From Eledone cirrhosa (Eukaryota): a stretch of 64,000 bases of DNA. Positions 1 to 10,557 of this stretch are shown one piece after another; position 1 is the stretch's first letter; every line of letters starts with the position of its first letter. The stretch covers positions 18,724,001-18,788,000 of the forward strand of contig OZ024742.1 in NCBI GenBank assembly GCA_964016885.1, in the 5' to 3' direction. The translations under genes and the position numbers were made by a program. Below the pieces are notes generated by a model. The model was not told where the DNA came from and made no database searches. It saw only the letters and a program-made list of their open reading frames with translations.

Positions 1-179
<179 letters not shown>

Positions 180-326
180 TTATGTTAGGTAATAAGCAAC
201 ATAAGATAATTATTTCATTTACCAGTGGTTTCTTAAAAGCAAACAAGTCTGCTTTCAGTCACCAGAATGAAAAAATCCTGGTGTTTTTATTGAATGTGGA
301 TTTTGAAAACAAAAATATAAGGATAT

Positions 327-413
<87 letters not shown>

Positions 414-480
414 GCATATATATATGTATGTATGTATGTATATATGTATAAATATATATATGTATATATAAATATATTAC

Positions 481-1095
481 ACAGAGAGAAGTGTGTTACA
501 CAGTGAGATGTGTGTAAAGAATTATTACATGTGGGTTTAACCGTTACTGTATGAAAAACAACACCTACAGGTTAGCAATTAAATAGAAAGAACCCTAAGT
601 CAAAATCAAATCTCCGAAGTAGAGTTTTAAATTACCAACCTTATAACTATAAGCTTGCTGATACGAATCTATTTCGTTTCGCCACTGAAATGTGTAGCGT
701 ACAAGACCACAGGTTCCTCAGTCAGCAAGTATGGAATTGCCCGCCACACATCTAGCCTAATGGAAAGAGAGAACGCAAATATACACGCTGCCCAGAGCAG
801 GGCGAAAACACGTGTTATTTGCATCAAATAACGGCTCTCATGAATTGGGGAAAATGCTAGAGAGTGCAGCCCAACCATTCAAACCTAACCTTTCTATTTA
901 ATTGCTAACCTGTAGGTGTTGTTTTCCATACAGTAACGGTTAAACCCACATGTAATAATTCTTTACACACATCTCACTGTGTAACACACTTCTCTCTGTA
1001 TAATATAGTTGAGCTCAGTTGAAAATTCTCTGTTCTTCTTTGAGCTAATATTATTATTACTGTGAACTGCGGAATACTCTAATTCCGATTCTTGT
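481..1095 (-). mobile_element. Asymmetric palindromic non-autonomous element, probably a PLE pLTR derivative, carrying a hammerhead ribozyme
   Basis: 481-590 is the reverse complement of 890-999 with 1 mismatch seen. The loop of about 300 bp contains an HHR, and a one-sided extension runs to about 1095. Both flanks are (TA)n/(CA)n. Confidence 0.7.
654..729 (-). ncRNA. Type I hammerhead ribozyme
   Basis: Minus strand reads CTTGCTGA-CTGAGGA-ACCTGTGGTCTTGTACGCTACACATTTCAGTGGC-GAAA-CGAAatagaTTCG-TA-TCAGCAAG. This gives an 8-bp stem I, CUGANGA and GAAA boxes, a 5-bp stem III and a GUA cleavage triplet. The stem II closing pair is an A-C mismatch. Confidence 0.8.
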
Positions 1096-1110
1096 ATATG
1101 TATACACACA

Positions 1111-1184
<74 letters not shown>

Positions 1185-1215
1185 CATATATATATACACA
1201 TATATATATTTATAC

Positions 1216-1380
<165 letters not shown>

Positions 1381-1745
1381 GGCGCATCTATCTAGCTATT
1401 ATTAGAAGTGCCACTGATATAGCGTGGTTCAACATAAGCGTGTATATAAAAGCATATACGACATATCTATATATAATAAACATGCAAAGGTCTCACTATG
1501 AATCTTCTAAGAGCCGTGAGCATGTCACAGATATCTCAGTAGAGGTGAGAATGCCAGATAGATTTTTATACTTCAAGATCGTAATAAAGTATTTTAAAAT
1601 AAAGAAGCCTTATAAGCCTCTAAACCCAGGGACAAACATTTTGTCAAGTGACCCAAATCTAGAGGGTTTAACAAGTTATTTCCGGCATACATGGGGTCCT
1701 ACAACTGGTAGATATATCTTATCTCTCTTACTATGGAACAGAAAT

Positions 1746-1802
1746 CCTCTCTGATGATTAAACAGGTTCTGGCAGAAATAACTATCTTAATTGATTGAGA
1801 GG
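1746..1802 (+). ncRNA. Degenerate hammerhead-like motif
   Basis: CCTCT-CTGATGA-...-GAAA-...-AGAGG. Stem I is intact, stems II and III are imperfect, and the cleavage-site base is G, so it is probably inactive. Confidence 0.45.
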
Positions 1803-2006
1803 GCAAATTCTGTTACTTCAGTTTGTGAAACTGCGGTAAGGGGAACAATTTTTTAAGCCCTGTAGATTTAGGCTGCTTGATAAGGATTAACCCCAGAGGT
1901 CAGACGTTTATAAAGTTTCTTTATTTTAAAGTACTTTACTGTTATCTTCTCTTTGGTCAATTCTGAGCCTTATTTGAGTTATATATATATATATATATAT
2001 ATATAT

Positions 2007-2222
2007 GTAAAAGGTAAACAGAAATAACAACACAATCGGTACAGTATATGGAAGGGATATATTAGGTTAATGCTTGATATAGCAGGAAGAGGGTCTTAAC
2101 GTTTAGGATGGTAGTCCTTCATCGGAAGAAAGAATGAGAAATAAGATAGATTGAGAGGACGGGTGGGTTGGAATTGGAAAAAACATCTTCAGATAAAAAT
2201 AACAGGTCCATTCACATTGATA
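2007..2222 (-). mobile_element. Dispersed repeat with degenerate minimal HHR (putative PLE pLTR family; other copies at 28563 and 40100)
   Basis: Highly similar to 28563-28780. The minus strand of 2094-2129 reads CCGATGA-AGGACTACCATCC-TAAACGTTAAGA. Confidence 0.6.
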
Positions 2223-2471
2223 TATATATATATAGAGAGAGAGATAGATAGATATATTTCTTTATTTACCATAAAGGCATAAAAAGAAGGGACAAATACA
2301 AAGGGGGAGTTTACATACAATCGAGTAAAAAGGGTATTAAATGAAAATAATCGAAAATAACCTCAAAAGGGAGGGGACGTGATGGGGGTTGCACACACCC
2401 CCGAAAAAGTGTGCAATCCTTTGCCCGGGGAGCACATGGAGAAGGTGCTCCCCTCTCCTTCACTTCTTTAC

Positions 2472-5400
2472 CTACAGGATGGTATACAGAGAAGGCCCAT
2501 TTACACGAGCCATTCTCGCCACTATCACCCACCTTTCATAAAACTGCCTGTGGCCAAGCACCTCTCTCTCCATTCTTATCCTTCTTCCGAAGTGATATCG
2601 GAAGAAGTAGACCAGACTATGGCCAGAGAGGAAGTTGCCTGACCTCAGACCTTTCAATCGTGTCCACCAAACAACCTCTTTCAACATGGCTATTACGCAC
2701 AGAAAAACCGCCTTTGCTTCCTTTGTGAAGAGGGGAGGCGGTTTGATTGTCATCACGGACTCGGCGGTCAATTGAATCGGCGCCACCCGCGACAGCAGTC
2801 GTTCGGCGTAGCCCCACAGATCAGCCACGCCCGGACATTGCACCAATGCGTGCGCAACGGTTTCTTCGTGACGCACGCATCTAGGGCAAATCTTTTTTGA
2901 GGGATCCCTGCCCGGGCGTCCGTGTCTTTAGAGCCTCTCTCGAACGGGTAGAGCCCCCCGGTAGCACTGCCAGGCTAGTGACTTCTGGAAGTTGTCCATT
3001 GGTCCCGGGCCGAAAGTCCTACCGAACAGGCTGGCCAGTTCGTCCTCTTCCATGTCCAGCAACTCTCCAAGGGTGTCATCGCCCCTGCTAGCCACCAGCC
3101 CTCTATAGAATGATGAGGTGGATTCTCCACCGATGGCCTGGCCCGCTTGCCAGAGAGCCCTGAGCGCCTGAGCACACTCAGTGTGCCAGTCTCCGAGTTT
3201 TCCGGATCTTTGCTTGACCCAGGACTGCAGCTCGGTGAGCGAGACGAGTCTCGGGAAGGCTCGTTTCTCGAACGGAGCCCACACCGGTTGACCAGTGAGG
3301 AATACCTGTAGGTGCCGTAGCCTTAATGCGTGCCTACGCATCATCAACCACGGCATCCCCAGCCCTCCTTTCGAAGGTTGTTGGCAGCAGATGGATCTTC
3401 TCACCATAAGAGGGCGCTTCTTCCAAAGAAATTGTAAGAGCATGCGTTCCATGGTGGTGAGTGTTTCCTTAGGGCAAGGCACGACAGTCAGGCGGTAGTA
3501 AGTGACGGACGCTATGTAAATGTTCGCCACCTCCGCCCGGCCTTTTAGGGACAGCTTACACTTGGCCCATTTCTGGGTTAGTGCAAACACCTTGTTCGTA
3601 ACCTCGTCCCAGTTCTTTTCCACCTGGAGGTCCGGTCCAAACCAGACCCCAAGCAACTTTACCGGGCCCTCCGTCCAGTGTCCGACGACACCGTCGGGAG
3701 GCATCGGTCTGCCTCTCCACGTTCCGAGTTGCAGCCCGATGGATTTTTCCCGGTTCAGTTTCGCTCCTGACAACCTTTCGTAATCCTCCAGTAAGGTACC
3801 GATCGTCTCGATTTCCGAGTCGGTCGATACCATTACTGTTACGTCATCGGCGTAGGCCGACACCGCTTTGCTCAATCCTGGTTCCAGGGGGATACCCTGC
3901 AACAACTCTAACTTCCTCAGTAAAGGCTCGAGAGTCAATACGTACAGAAGGGAGGAGAGAGGGCACCCCTGTCGAATGGATCGTGTGATTTCGAACGGCT
4001 TCGAAAGGTAGCCGTTCACCTTGATCCTAGAACAGATGTGGTTGCTATGTAAGGCAGTGATCCAGCCTCTGAAAATGCCGCTAGCACCGCATCCAGGTAA
4101 CCATGGTCGACCCTATCGAAGGCCTTAGACTGATCCAAGTTGATCAGGGCCCCACCGAAGCCGGGTTTGTTGCCAACCCTCTCTATGATGTATCGCATGA
4201 GGTGGAGGTTATCGTGAATGGACCTGGATGGGATAGCACATGTCTGCGCATCTCCCACCAGGCTACCCACGACAAGCGCCAACCTCTTTGCTAACACCTT
4301 GGCCAACATCTTTAACTCTGTGTTTAGCAGGGTTATGGGCCGAAAATTATTTATACTATCCCCCTTGTTCTCGTCCTTCCTCACCAGCGAGACTACGCCC
4401 TTGGCTACAGAACAAGGAATTCTCCCGTTCTGCTGCCAATTGCAGTAGACCGCTTCGAGGAGTTCGGAGAAGAAGACCGGCATTGCTAAATAAAGTTCGT
4501 AAGATATACCATCGAGACCTGGAGATTTGCGTCTGCTGCATTGGCTCAGCGCATCTCCGATCTCATCAGCCGAGATTGGTCCCTCGCAGGACTCTGCCTC
4601 TTCGCTCGAGAGACGCGGCAGGCAATCGAGGTATGGACCGAAATCCACGTCCCCGCCCGGACCCCCGCCTCCCCCGAATAATCGGGCAAAGTGCCTTTGA
4701 AAGGCCTCGCACATCTGCTTAGGCTCCCGGATCACCCGTCCATCCTCGTCTTGCAACGACCGGATGGTGGATCGATTTCCACTCTTAGCTTCTGTCACGC
4801 GGGCCCAGCCAACGGCTTTGGCCCCCTCATTACCTAGAGCACGTATTTTACTTCGAATGACGCAGCTTTCGTGCTTTGCATCGAAAAACTGGTTCAAGGC
4901 TGTCCTCGATGCCAGCACTCTGGCCACATCTTTGCTCTTGATGCCTCTTCTAATTTACCTGTTAATTCTTTCTCGTTTCTACTCCTATCGGCAGCTAACA
5001 TCTTGCTATAACTTATTGATTCTGTTCTAATCTCTCTTTTGAGAGATGCCCACCATCGGTTGTTGACGATTGCACCCGTCAACCTCTCCTTAACTAATCT
5101 GCTAATCCGGTTTCTGTAAGTCCCTTTTGCCGGTAAAGACAAATTAAGTTTCCAGTAACCGGGACCCTGTTTATGTGTTTTCTAGAGATTGACTACGCAG
5201 GTCACTAATTTGTGATCCGTATAGCCAACCGTGCGCATTTCTGGACAGCTTAATATGTCCCTATCCTTACTTCTAACTAAGAATCTATTTAAGTACGATC
5301 TAGATTGACCACTGTGGTTTCTCCAAGTTCAGGTAGGCACAGTTGGAAAATCTAGTCGATATTTATCGACCAAGTTAAAACGGTCGAGTAACCCCTTGAG

Positions 5401-5892
5401 GCTGTTACACCCCCCTCTATTAGGACATGCTCCTGCATAGTCCCAACGTGCATCTAGGATGTCATTCCAATCCCCCGCTAGAAGCAGGGAATGCGACGTT
5501 CCCAGAAAAGTCTCCAAACGCTGGAAGAAGTCGGGCCGTTCAGCTCCGAAAGGGGAGTAGACGGCGACCAGTCTCAAGGCCGCACCTTCACTACTGCCAA
5601 CGTCTAGCACCAACAAACGACCCTCCGGGTCCGAGTGAACAACCTGTACGGTAAGACCCAGGTGTTTTTCCAGCAGTACGACAACCCCACCCCCACCTCC
5701 AGGTTGACAGAGAGATGCATGCACCTCAAAGTCATCGAAGGTAGGGGCCAGCTGCCGCACGATGCTGATCCGAGTCTCACAGATAACCATTACATTTATA
5801 CCACATGACCTGAGGTCATTTAGAAGCTTTGCTTGCTTCCAAGTTGAGCCCAGGCCACGTGCATTCAAACATCCTACTCTTTACACATCCAT
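2472..5892 (-). pseudogene. Tx1-like ORF2 (APE endonuclease - reverse transcriptase - zinc-binding tail), disrupted
   Basis: Motifs CLNARG, CETR, AVYSP, AGDWN, YTDHK, GYWKLN, SPGLDG, NFRPITLLN, LDQSKAFDRVDH, RQGCPLS, AYADD and ETVAHALVQC. In-frame stops near 5882, 5330, 5183 and 2929, and frameshifts near 4930 and 4070. Confidence 0.9.
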
Positions 5893-5925
5893 GTGGGCGG
5901 CAAAGCCAAAGGAGAGTGTAGAGAC

Positions 5926-7842
5926 CTACCTTTCTGCTTTCCGGGGTTCGGGTCGCACGACTTCCATGGGGTCGGGGGTGTTGGGTGAAGGGGTGTCTTG
6001 TGGTGGTGTGGGGTCGTCAGTGTGTGGTGGGGTTGGGGTGTTTGGAGTTGTGTTGGGGAGGGGAGGGGGAGGGGGAAAGATTTTTAGTAGGACGCGGTTT
6101 ATGGGTTTGACAGAGGGTGGTCCTACGTCCTCCTTAAAATCCTTTTTTAGTTTTTGGTAGAGGTTCATTGGGATCTTTATTAATTTTAAATGTGGGTAGT
6201 TTTCTGAAGAAACAAAGTTTACACCTTCGGTTTGTACCGAAGGATTATTGTTTATGAGTTCATTTAATTTATTATTGTTTCTGTTGATGTAAGTATACTG
6301 TAATGTCTTTTTTTCGGATGGTGTGAGTGTTTCGAAGAGGGGAGGGGCAGGTTTGGTTTTGTTTATTGCTGGAGGGGTGTTTTGTGTTTTGTTGGATTGT
6401 GTTGAGATTTGGGTGGGGGTTGTTTGGCCTTGTGTGTTTTGCACATGTTTTCTTTTTTTCCTTTTAATCTGTCTGAAGGACTCCGTTTCTTCCTCCGAAT
6501 TCGTTGGGTTATCTTCAGTGTTGGAGGGAAGAGGTATGTTTGCTGGTAATGTTTCCGTGTTGGTTTTCTTTGTGGGGGAGATGGATGTCACTATGTTAGA
6601 CTGTGTTGTGTGTTGTGGCTGCGGTGGTTGTGTTGTTTTATTGAGTGAGGGGTTGGGTGGGCCTGTATTTTGTTTTGGGGTAATGTGTTGTGACTGTTTG
6701 TGTTGTGGTGGTGGTGTAGTTTTACTGAGGGACGGGTTGGGTGGGACTGAGTTTTGTTGTTTGTTTATCTGTTGTGGTGGTGGTAGTAGAGCTGGTGTTA
6801 GTAGCAGGGTTTTCTTTTTGTTGAGTTGGGGACAAGCGGCCTTCAGGTGCCCTCTGCCTGCACAGATATGACAGGACGGCGTTCTCCCCTCCACGCTAAT
6901 GTTTATATACCCGTGGCCCTCTAATAGGATTCTGTCGGATATTTGGGCAATGCGTTCAGGCTTCATTTGCACTACAAGCTCTATACCTGTTCCACTGAAC
7001 GCATTGCCTGTGGTTTTCCCAATGGAAATCACGTTGTCATTCACTGGATCGATGAAGCCAGCTATGAGCCAGCAGTAGTCCACATCTGGCATCATTGCAT
7101 CCAGCCATATGCGTTGAGTTCTTTTACCCATATAAGATGGATAAAAGGTAAAATTTTTCGAACGAATCGGTGACAAAGCACATTTTTTTGCCGCCGATTC
7201 GTTCTTCATAATAATCGCTAGGCTTCCATACAGTCTGTCTTTTCTTATGAAAGTGGTTTCATTAAGTACTTCTGTAAGTACTGTTTTGATATCTGTTTGA
7301 GTTGGCTGTTCAGGTTTTTTAGAAGTGTTGTTGATGGTGCGGAACACGACCGTTCGACGTTCAATGTCTTTGGTGAGTTCTTGAGGCATTTTTACCGATA
7401 AAATACCATTCTCTCCTTCACTTATGTATTGTTTGGCGTCTGTGATTCTTTGTGCCACATCTGAAATATTTTCAGGTATATATGTCAAAGATTTCTTTGT
7501 TGTTTGTGCAAATGAAATCTTGTTGGTGTTGACTTTGTCGTCTGCTTTGCTTTCTGTTATGATGTTGTTTTCAAATGTTATTTTTGTGTTTGTTGTGTCT
7601 TTGTTTGTGGTATTAATATTGTCATGCAATTTTTCAAATTTGTTTTTTTCGTTGTTGGAATCCATGTCCAGATTTGTGTTTTCGTCATTTTTCTCCGCAG
7701 ATTCGTCTGTTTTTATTTTATTTTTTCCTTCCTTCTCTATGACGTTAGTTGGGAAGGAAGGGGGGGGGGGGGCTAAAGCGTGCGAGCTTACAACTCTTAC
7801 CGCTGTCCCCCCACCACTATTTTCGTTAGCTTCGTTTAACAT
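5926..7842 (-). CDS. LINE ORF1 (gag-like nucleic-acid-binding protein, 638 aa, open)
   Basis: Lies immediately upstream of ORF2. Contains a CX2CX4HX4C knuckle (CHICAGRGHLKAAC), Pro/Gln/Thr-rich low-complexity segments and a basic KRKKRK motif. Confidence 0.85.
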   Translation of the reverse strand: MLNEANENSGGGTAVRVVSSHALAPPPPSFPTNVIEKEGKNKIKTDESAEKNDENTNLDMDSNNEKNKFEKLHDNINTTNKDTTNTKITFENNIITESKADDKVNTNKISFAQTTKKSLTYIPENISDVAQRITDAKQYISEGENGILSVKMPQELTKDIERRTVVFRTINNTSKKPEQPTQTDIKTVLTEVLNETTFIRKDRLYGSLAIIMKNESAAKKCALSPIRSKNFTFYPSYMGKRTQRIWLDAMMPDVDYCWLIAGFIDPVNDNVISIGKTTGNAFSGTGIELVVQMKPERIAQISDRILLEGHGYINISVEGRTPSCHICAGRGHLKAACPQLNKKKTLLLTPALLPPPQQINKQQNSVPPNPSLSKTTPPPQHKQSQHITPKQNTGPPNPSLNKTTQPPQPQHTTQSNIVTSISPTKKTNTETLPANIPLPSNTEDNPTNSEEETESFRQIKRKKRKHVQNTQGQTTPTQISTQSNKTQNTPPAINKTKPAPPLFETLTPSEKKTLQYTYINRNNNKLNELINNNPSVQTEGVNFVSSENYPHLKLIKIPMNLYQKLKKDFKEDVGPPSVKPINRVLLKIFPPPPPLPNTTPNTPTPPHTDDPTPPQDTPSPNTPDPMEVVRPEPRKAER

Positions 7843-8261
7843 TTCTGTCAGACGATTGAAATTTTTTTTGCCACAAAATTTTTAAAAACAGGTTTTTCAC
7901 CCCTAGGAGGGGTAAAGATGAGCTGACCCACCGCCTCACAGTTCAGACGGGGGGTCAAGCTACACAATAGTATCAAAATTAAATTTGAACTTACAAAATT
8001 TCCGCAGTAAATTGGAACAAAACTTCTGCGCGAAGTGAATTACATCTACGCTGTAGAACAGACGACAGCTAGATTTATATATATATATATATAGATAGAT
8101 AGATAAATATACACGGGTGTGTATGATTGTGTATAGAAGATTATATTAATAAAAGGAATTCCAACTTTGTCTGATTTACTCGTTTTATTTACAATCCTTT
8201 AAAATTTATAATGGTATTATAATGAAATAGTATGATAGAATATTAAATTCCTAGTGTTAAT

Positions 8262-8301
8262 TGAACAAGTACTTTCATACTTTCGCAATCTTCAGGTTCA
8301 T
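8262..8301 (-). ncRNA. Minimal type I hammerhead-like motif (PLE type)
   Basis: Minus strand reads TGAAC-CTGAAGA-TTGCGAAAGTAT-GAAA-GTAC-TT-GTTCA, with a 5-bp stem I and a palindromic stem III (AGTACT). Confidence 0.6.
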
Positions 8302-8597
8302 AATGTGTGGTGACAGTCAAGGTTGCAATTTTCAACTGTAATGAGATGGGTAAATTTTGTACCTTATATACAGTGAAAAGTGGCTCCAGAATGCTAAATG
8401 TTGCAAACTGTATTTCGACCAATCCGTGTGTAGTTTCACTGAATTACTAAAGCTGATTGGTTTAGGCGTCACGGTTGGTTGACCATGTCTAACGACCACT
8501 AATTGATCCTATCCAAAGCATCAATTGTTTTGCTATTTTTAGAAATGATGAAAATAGCATTTTCTAGTAATCATCACCATCAACATCACTTTTATTA

Positions 8598-8700
8598 TTC
8601 ATCCTTACGGGATCGATAAAATAAAGTACCAGTAATACACTGGGATAATTGCTGGCCTTGTGTCAAAAGTAGAAACAATTATTATTATTATTGTTGTTGT
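8598..8700 (+). mobile_element. SINE family A, 3' part
   Basis: TTCATCCTTACGGGATCGATAAAATAAAGTACCAG...GCTGGCCTTGTGTCAAAAGTAGAAACAA followed by an (ATT)n tail. Confidence 0.8.
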
Positions 8701-8872
8701 TGTTAGTGGTCGTAGTCGACATGGTCGTAGTCATAGTCATAGTCATAGTCATATATATATATATAAAAGAATAGAGGTGTAACACACGAGTTGTGATATA
8801 TTAGTAAAAGGAAAAGAAATGCTGACAAATTTTTCACTGGGAAAAATTGGTTAGCATTTTCTTTTCCTTTTA

Positions 8873-8931
<59 letters not shown>

Positions 8932-9026
8932 ACAAGAATATAGGTAATTCTATAATCAAATGTCCATTTATTTGTAAAATGACAAATAGTTATCCATCTC
9001 ATTGTCAACTTAGATATCTGTTTATA

Positions 9027-9211
9027 ATTGTTTCTACTTTTGCCACAAGGCCAGCAAATACCCAGTACATTACTGGTACTTTATTTTATCGAGCCGTAAG
9101 GATGAAAGGCAAAGTTAACCTCGACGGGATTTGAACTCTGACCGTAAAGGGACGTAACTATGCTGGAAAGCATGGCGTCCGACCCTCTACCGATACTGCC
9201 AATTCACCGCT
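9027..9211 (-). mobile_element. tRNA-derived SINE family A (central domain resembles Meta/MESC SINE core)
   Basis: Minus strand has A-box-like TGGCAGTATCGG, B-box GTTCAAATCC and core GCCTTTCATCCTTACGG.TCGATAAAATAAAGTACCAG. More than 10 copies occur in the window. Confidence 0.85.
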
Positions 9212-9329
9212 CTATATCTGTTTATAATGACTTTGAAACTGAGGTGTGAGTAGTTTATTGATATTGTAAAAATGAATGATGTCAGAATAGTCTAAGTAAC
9301 GATATAGAATGTGTTATATATAGCCACCT

Positions 9330-9930
9330 ATATTTCTATATCCACTGGAAACAAGATTTATCCTAGTCTCATGGATATCCACTTATATTTGTATATCCAT
9401 TGGAGAAAAGATCTCCCACGTGTCATGGATATATACGTGTACTGGGATATCCACCGGAGTAAAGGTCCTCCAAGTATCATGGGTATACACCTAAAGTTGA
9501 ACATCCATTAGAGAAAAGATCTCACAAGTGTCATGGATATAAACCTAAAGTTGAACATCCATCAAAGAAAAGATCTCACAAGTGTCATGGATATACATTG
9601 GAAAAAGATCTATCCTAGTGTCATGGATATACACGTGTACTTTATATCAACCGGTGAACAAATATATAAAAGGTAACTTGAACATCCAGTGGAGAAAAGG
9701 TTTGCCAACATGCATGCATATCTCCCTATATTTAAACATTTAGTAGAGAAAAGATTTGCCAACATTCATGCATATCTCCCTATATTTAAACATTTAGTAG
9801 AGAAAAGATTTGCCAACATTCATCCATATCTCCCTATATTTAAACATTTAGTAGAGAAAAGATTTGCCAACAGTCATGCATATCTCCCTATATATTCAGT
9901 AGAGAAAGTGTTTACCCATAGTCTTACATA
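9330..9930. repeat. Degenerate ~57-60-bp tandem repeats grading into a 54-bp tandem repeat
   Basis: Recurrent GAGAAAAGAT...GTCATGGATAT units. TTTAAACATTTAGTAGAGAAAAGATTTGCCAAC repeats at 9731, 9785 and 9839. Confidence 0.8.
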
Positions 9931-10174
9931 TCCACATATACTTGAAACGGAGAAAATATTGGGTTATACTGTTCAGAGAATAAGTAATGGAAATTGAGAA
10001 GAGTATAAATCTATTGACATATTGAAATATCACCAATTCCTATATTTAAGTCTGTAGAGTTTACCGTCAATAAATATTTCCCTGGTAAGTTAAGGAAACT
10101 CAAGGCGAATGTATTGGATTTAAAATTTAAAACATGGTTTTTCAATTGAGGTCAAGAAGTGTTCAGAGGTATAA

Positions 10175-10430
10175 ATCTCTACCTGTAATATGTAGGTATG
10201 TACCTCTAATTTGTATATTTTTAACTGCAATTTGTTCATATTTACCTGTATTCTGTATACATTTGCTATAATCTGTATTTAGTTATGTACCTGTAACCTG
10301 AAGGTGTGTACCTGTAATCAGTAAGTATATACCTGTAATCTGCATTTATATACCTGTAATTTGTATTTATGTACTTGTAATTTATATGCATGCACCTGTG
10401 GTCTGTAGGTATGAACCTGTATTCCGTATG
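10175..10430. repeat. Degenerate ~21-bp minisatellite (TACCTGTAAT..GTA.GTATG)
   Basis: Recurrent TACCTGTAA motif at about 21-bp spacing. Confidence 0.6.
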
Positions 10431-10557
10431 AATTCATCAGCCTTTATCGACTTTTTGTAATAGTTGTGTTCTTTTCCTTCGAATGTGAAACATTTCCAAG
10501 AAGGGGAGTAAACATATATGTCCTCCAGTTTTGTATAGCACGGCGGTTACATTGCAA

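Larger units (their letters stand above)
2255..8070 (-). mobile_element. Near full-length Tx1/L1-clade non-LTR retrotransposon
   Basis: ORF1 with a CCHC knuckle, ORF2 with APE, RT and C-terminal Cys/His motif, and AATAAA near 2260 at the 3' end. Both ends abut (TA)n/(GATA)n. Confidence 0.92.

Noticed and set aside
6323-7885. Plus-strand Val/Cys/Phe-rich ORFs
   Set aside because: They are antisense shadows of the A/C-rich LINE ORF1.
9330-9930. C2H2 zinc-finger array (TGEK-like codons)
   Set aside because: The period is 54-60 bp rather than 84 bp, there is no CxxC/HxxxH spacing, and that frame contains stops.
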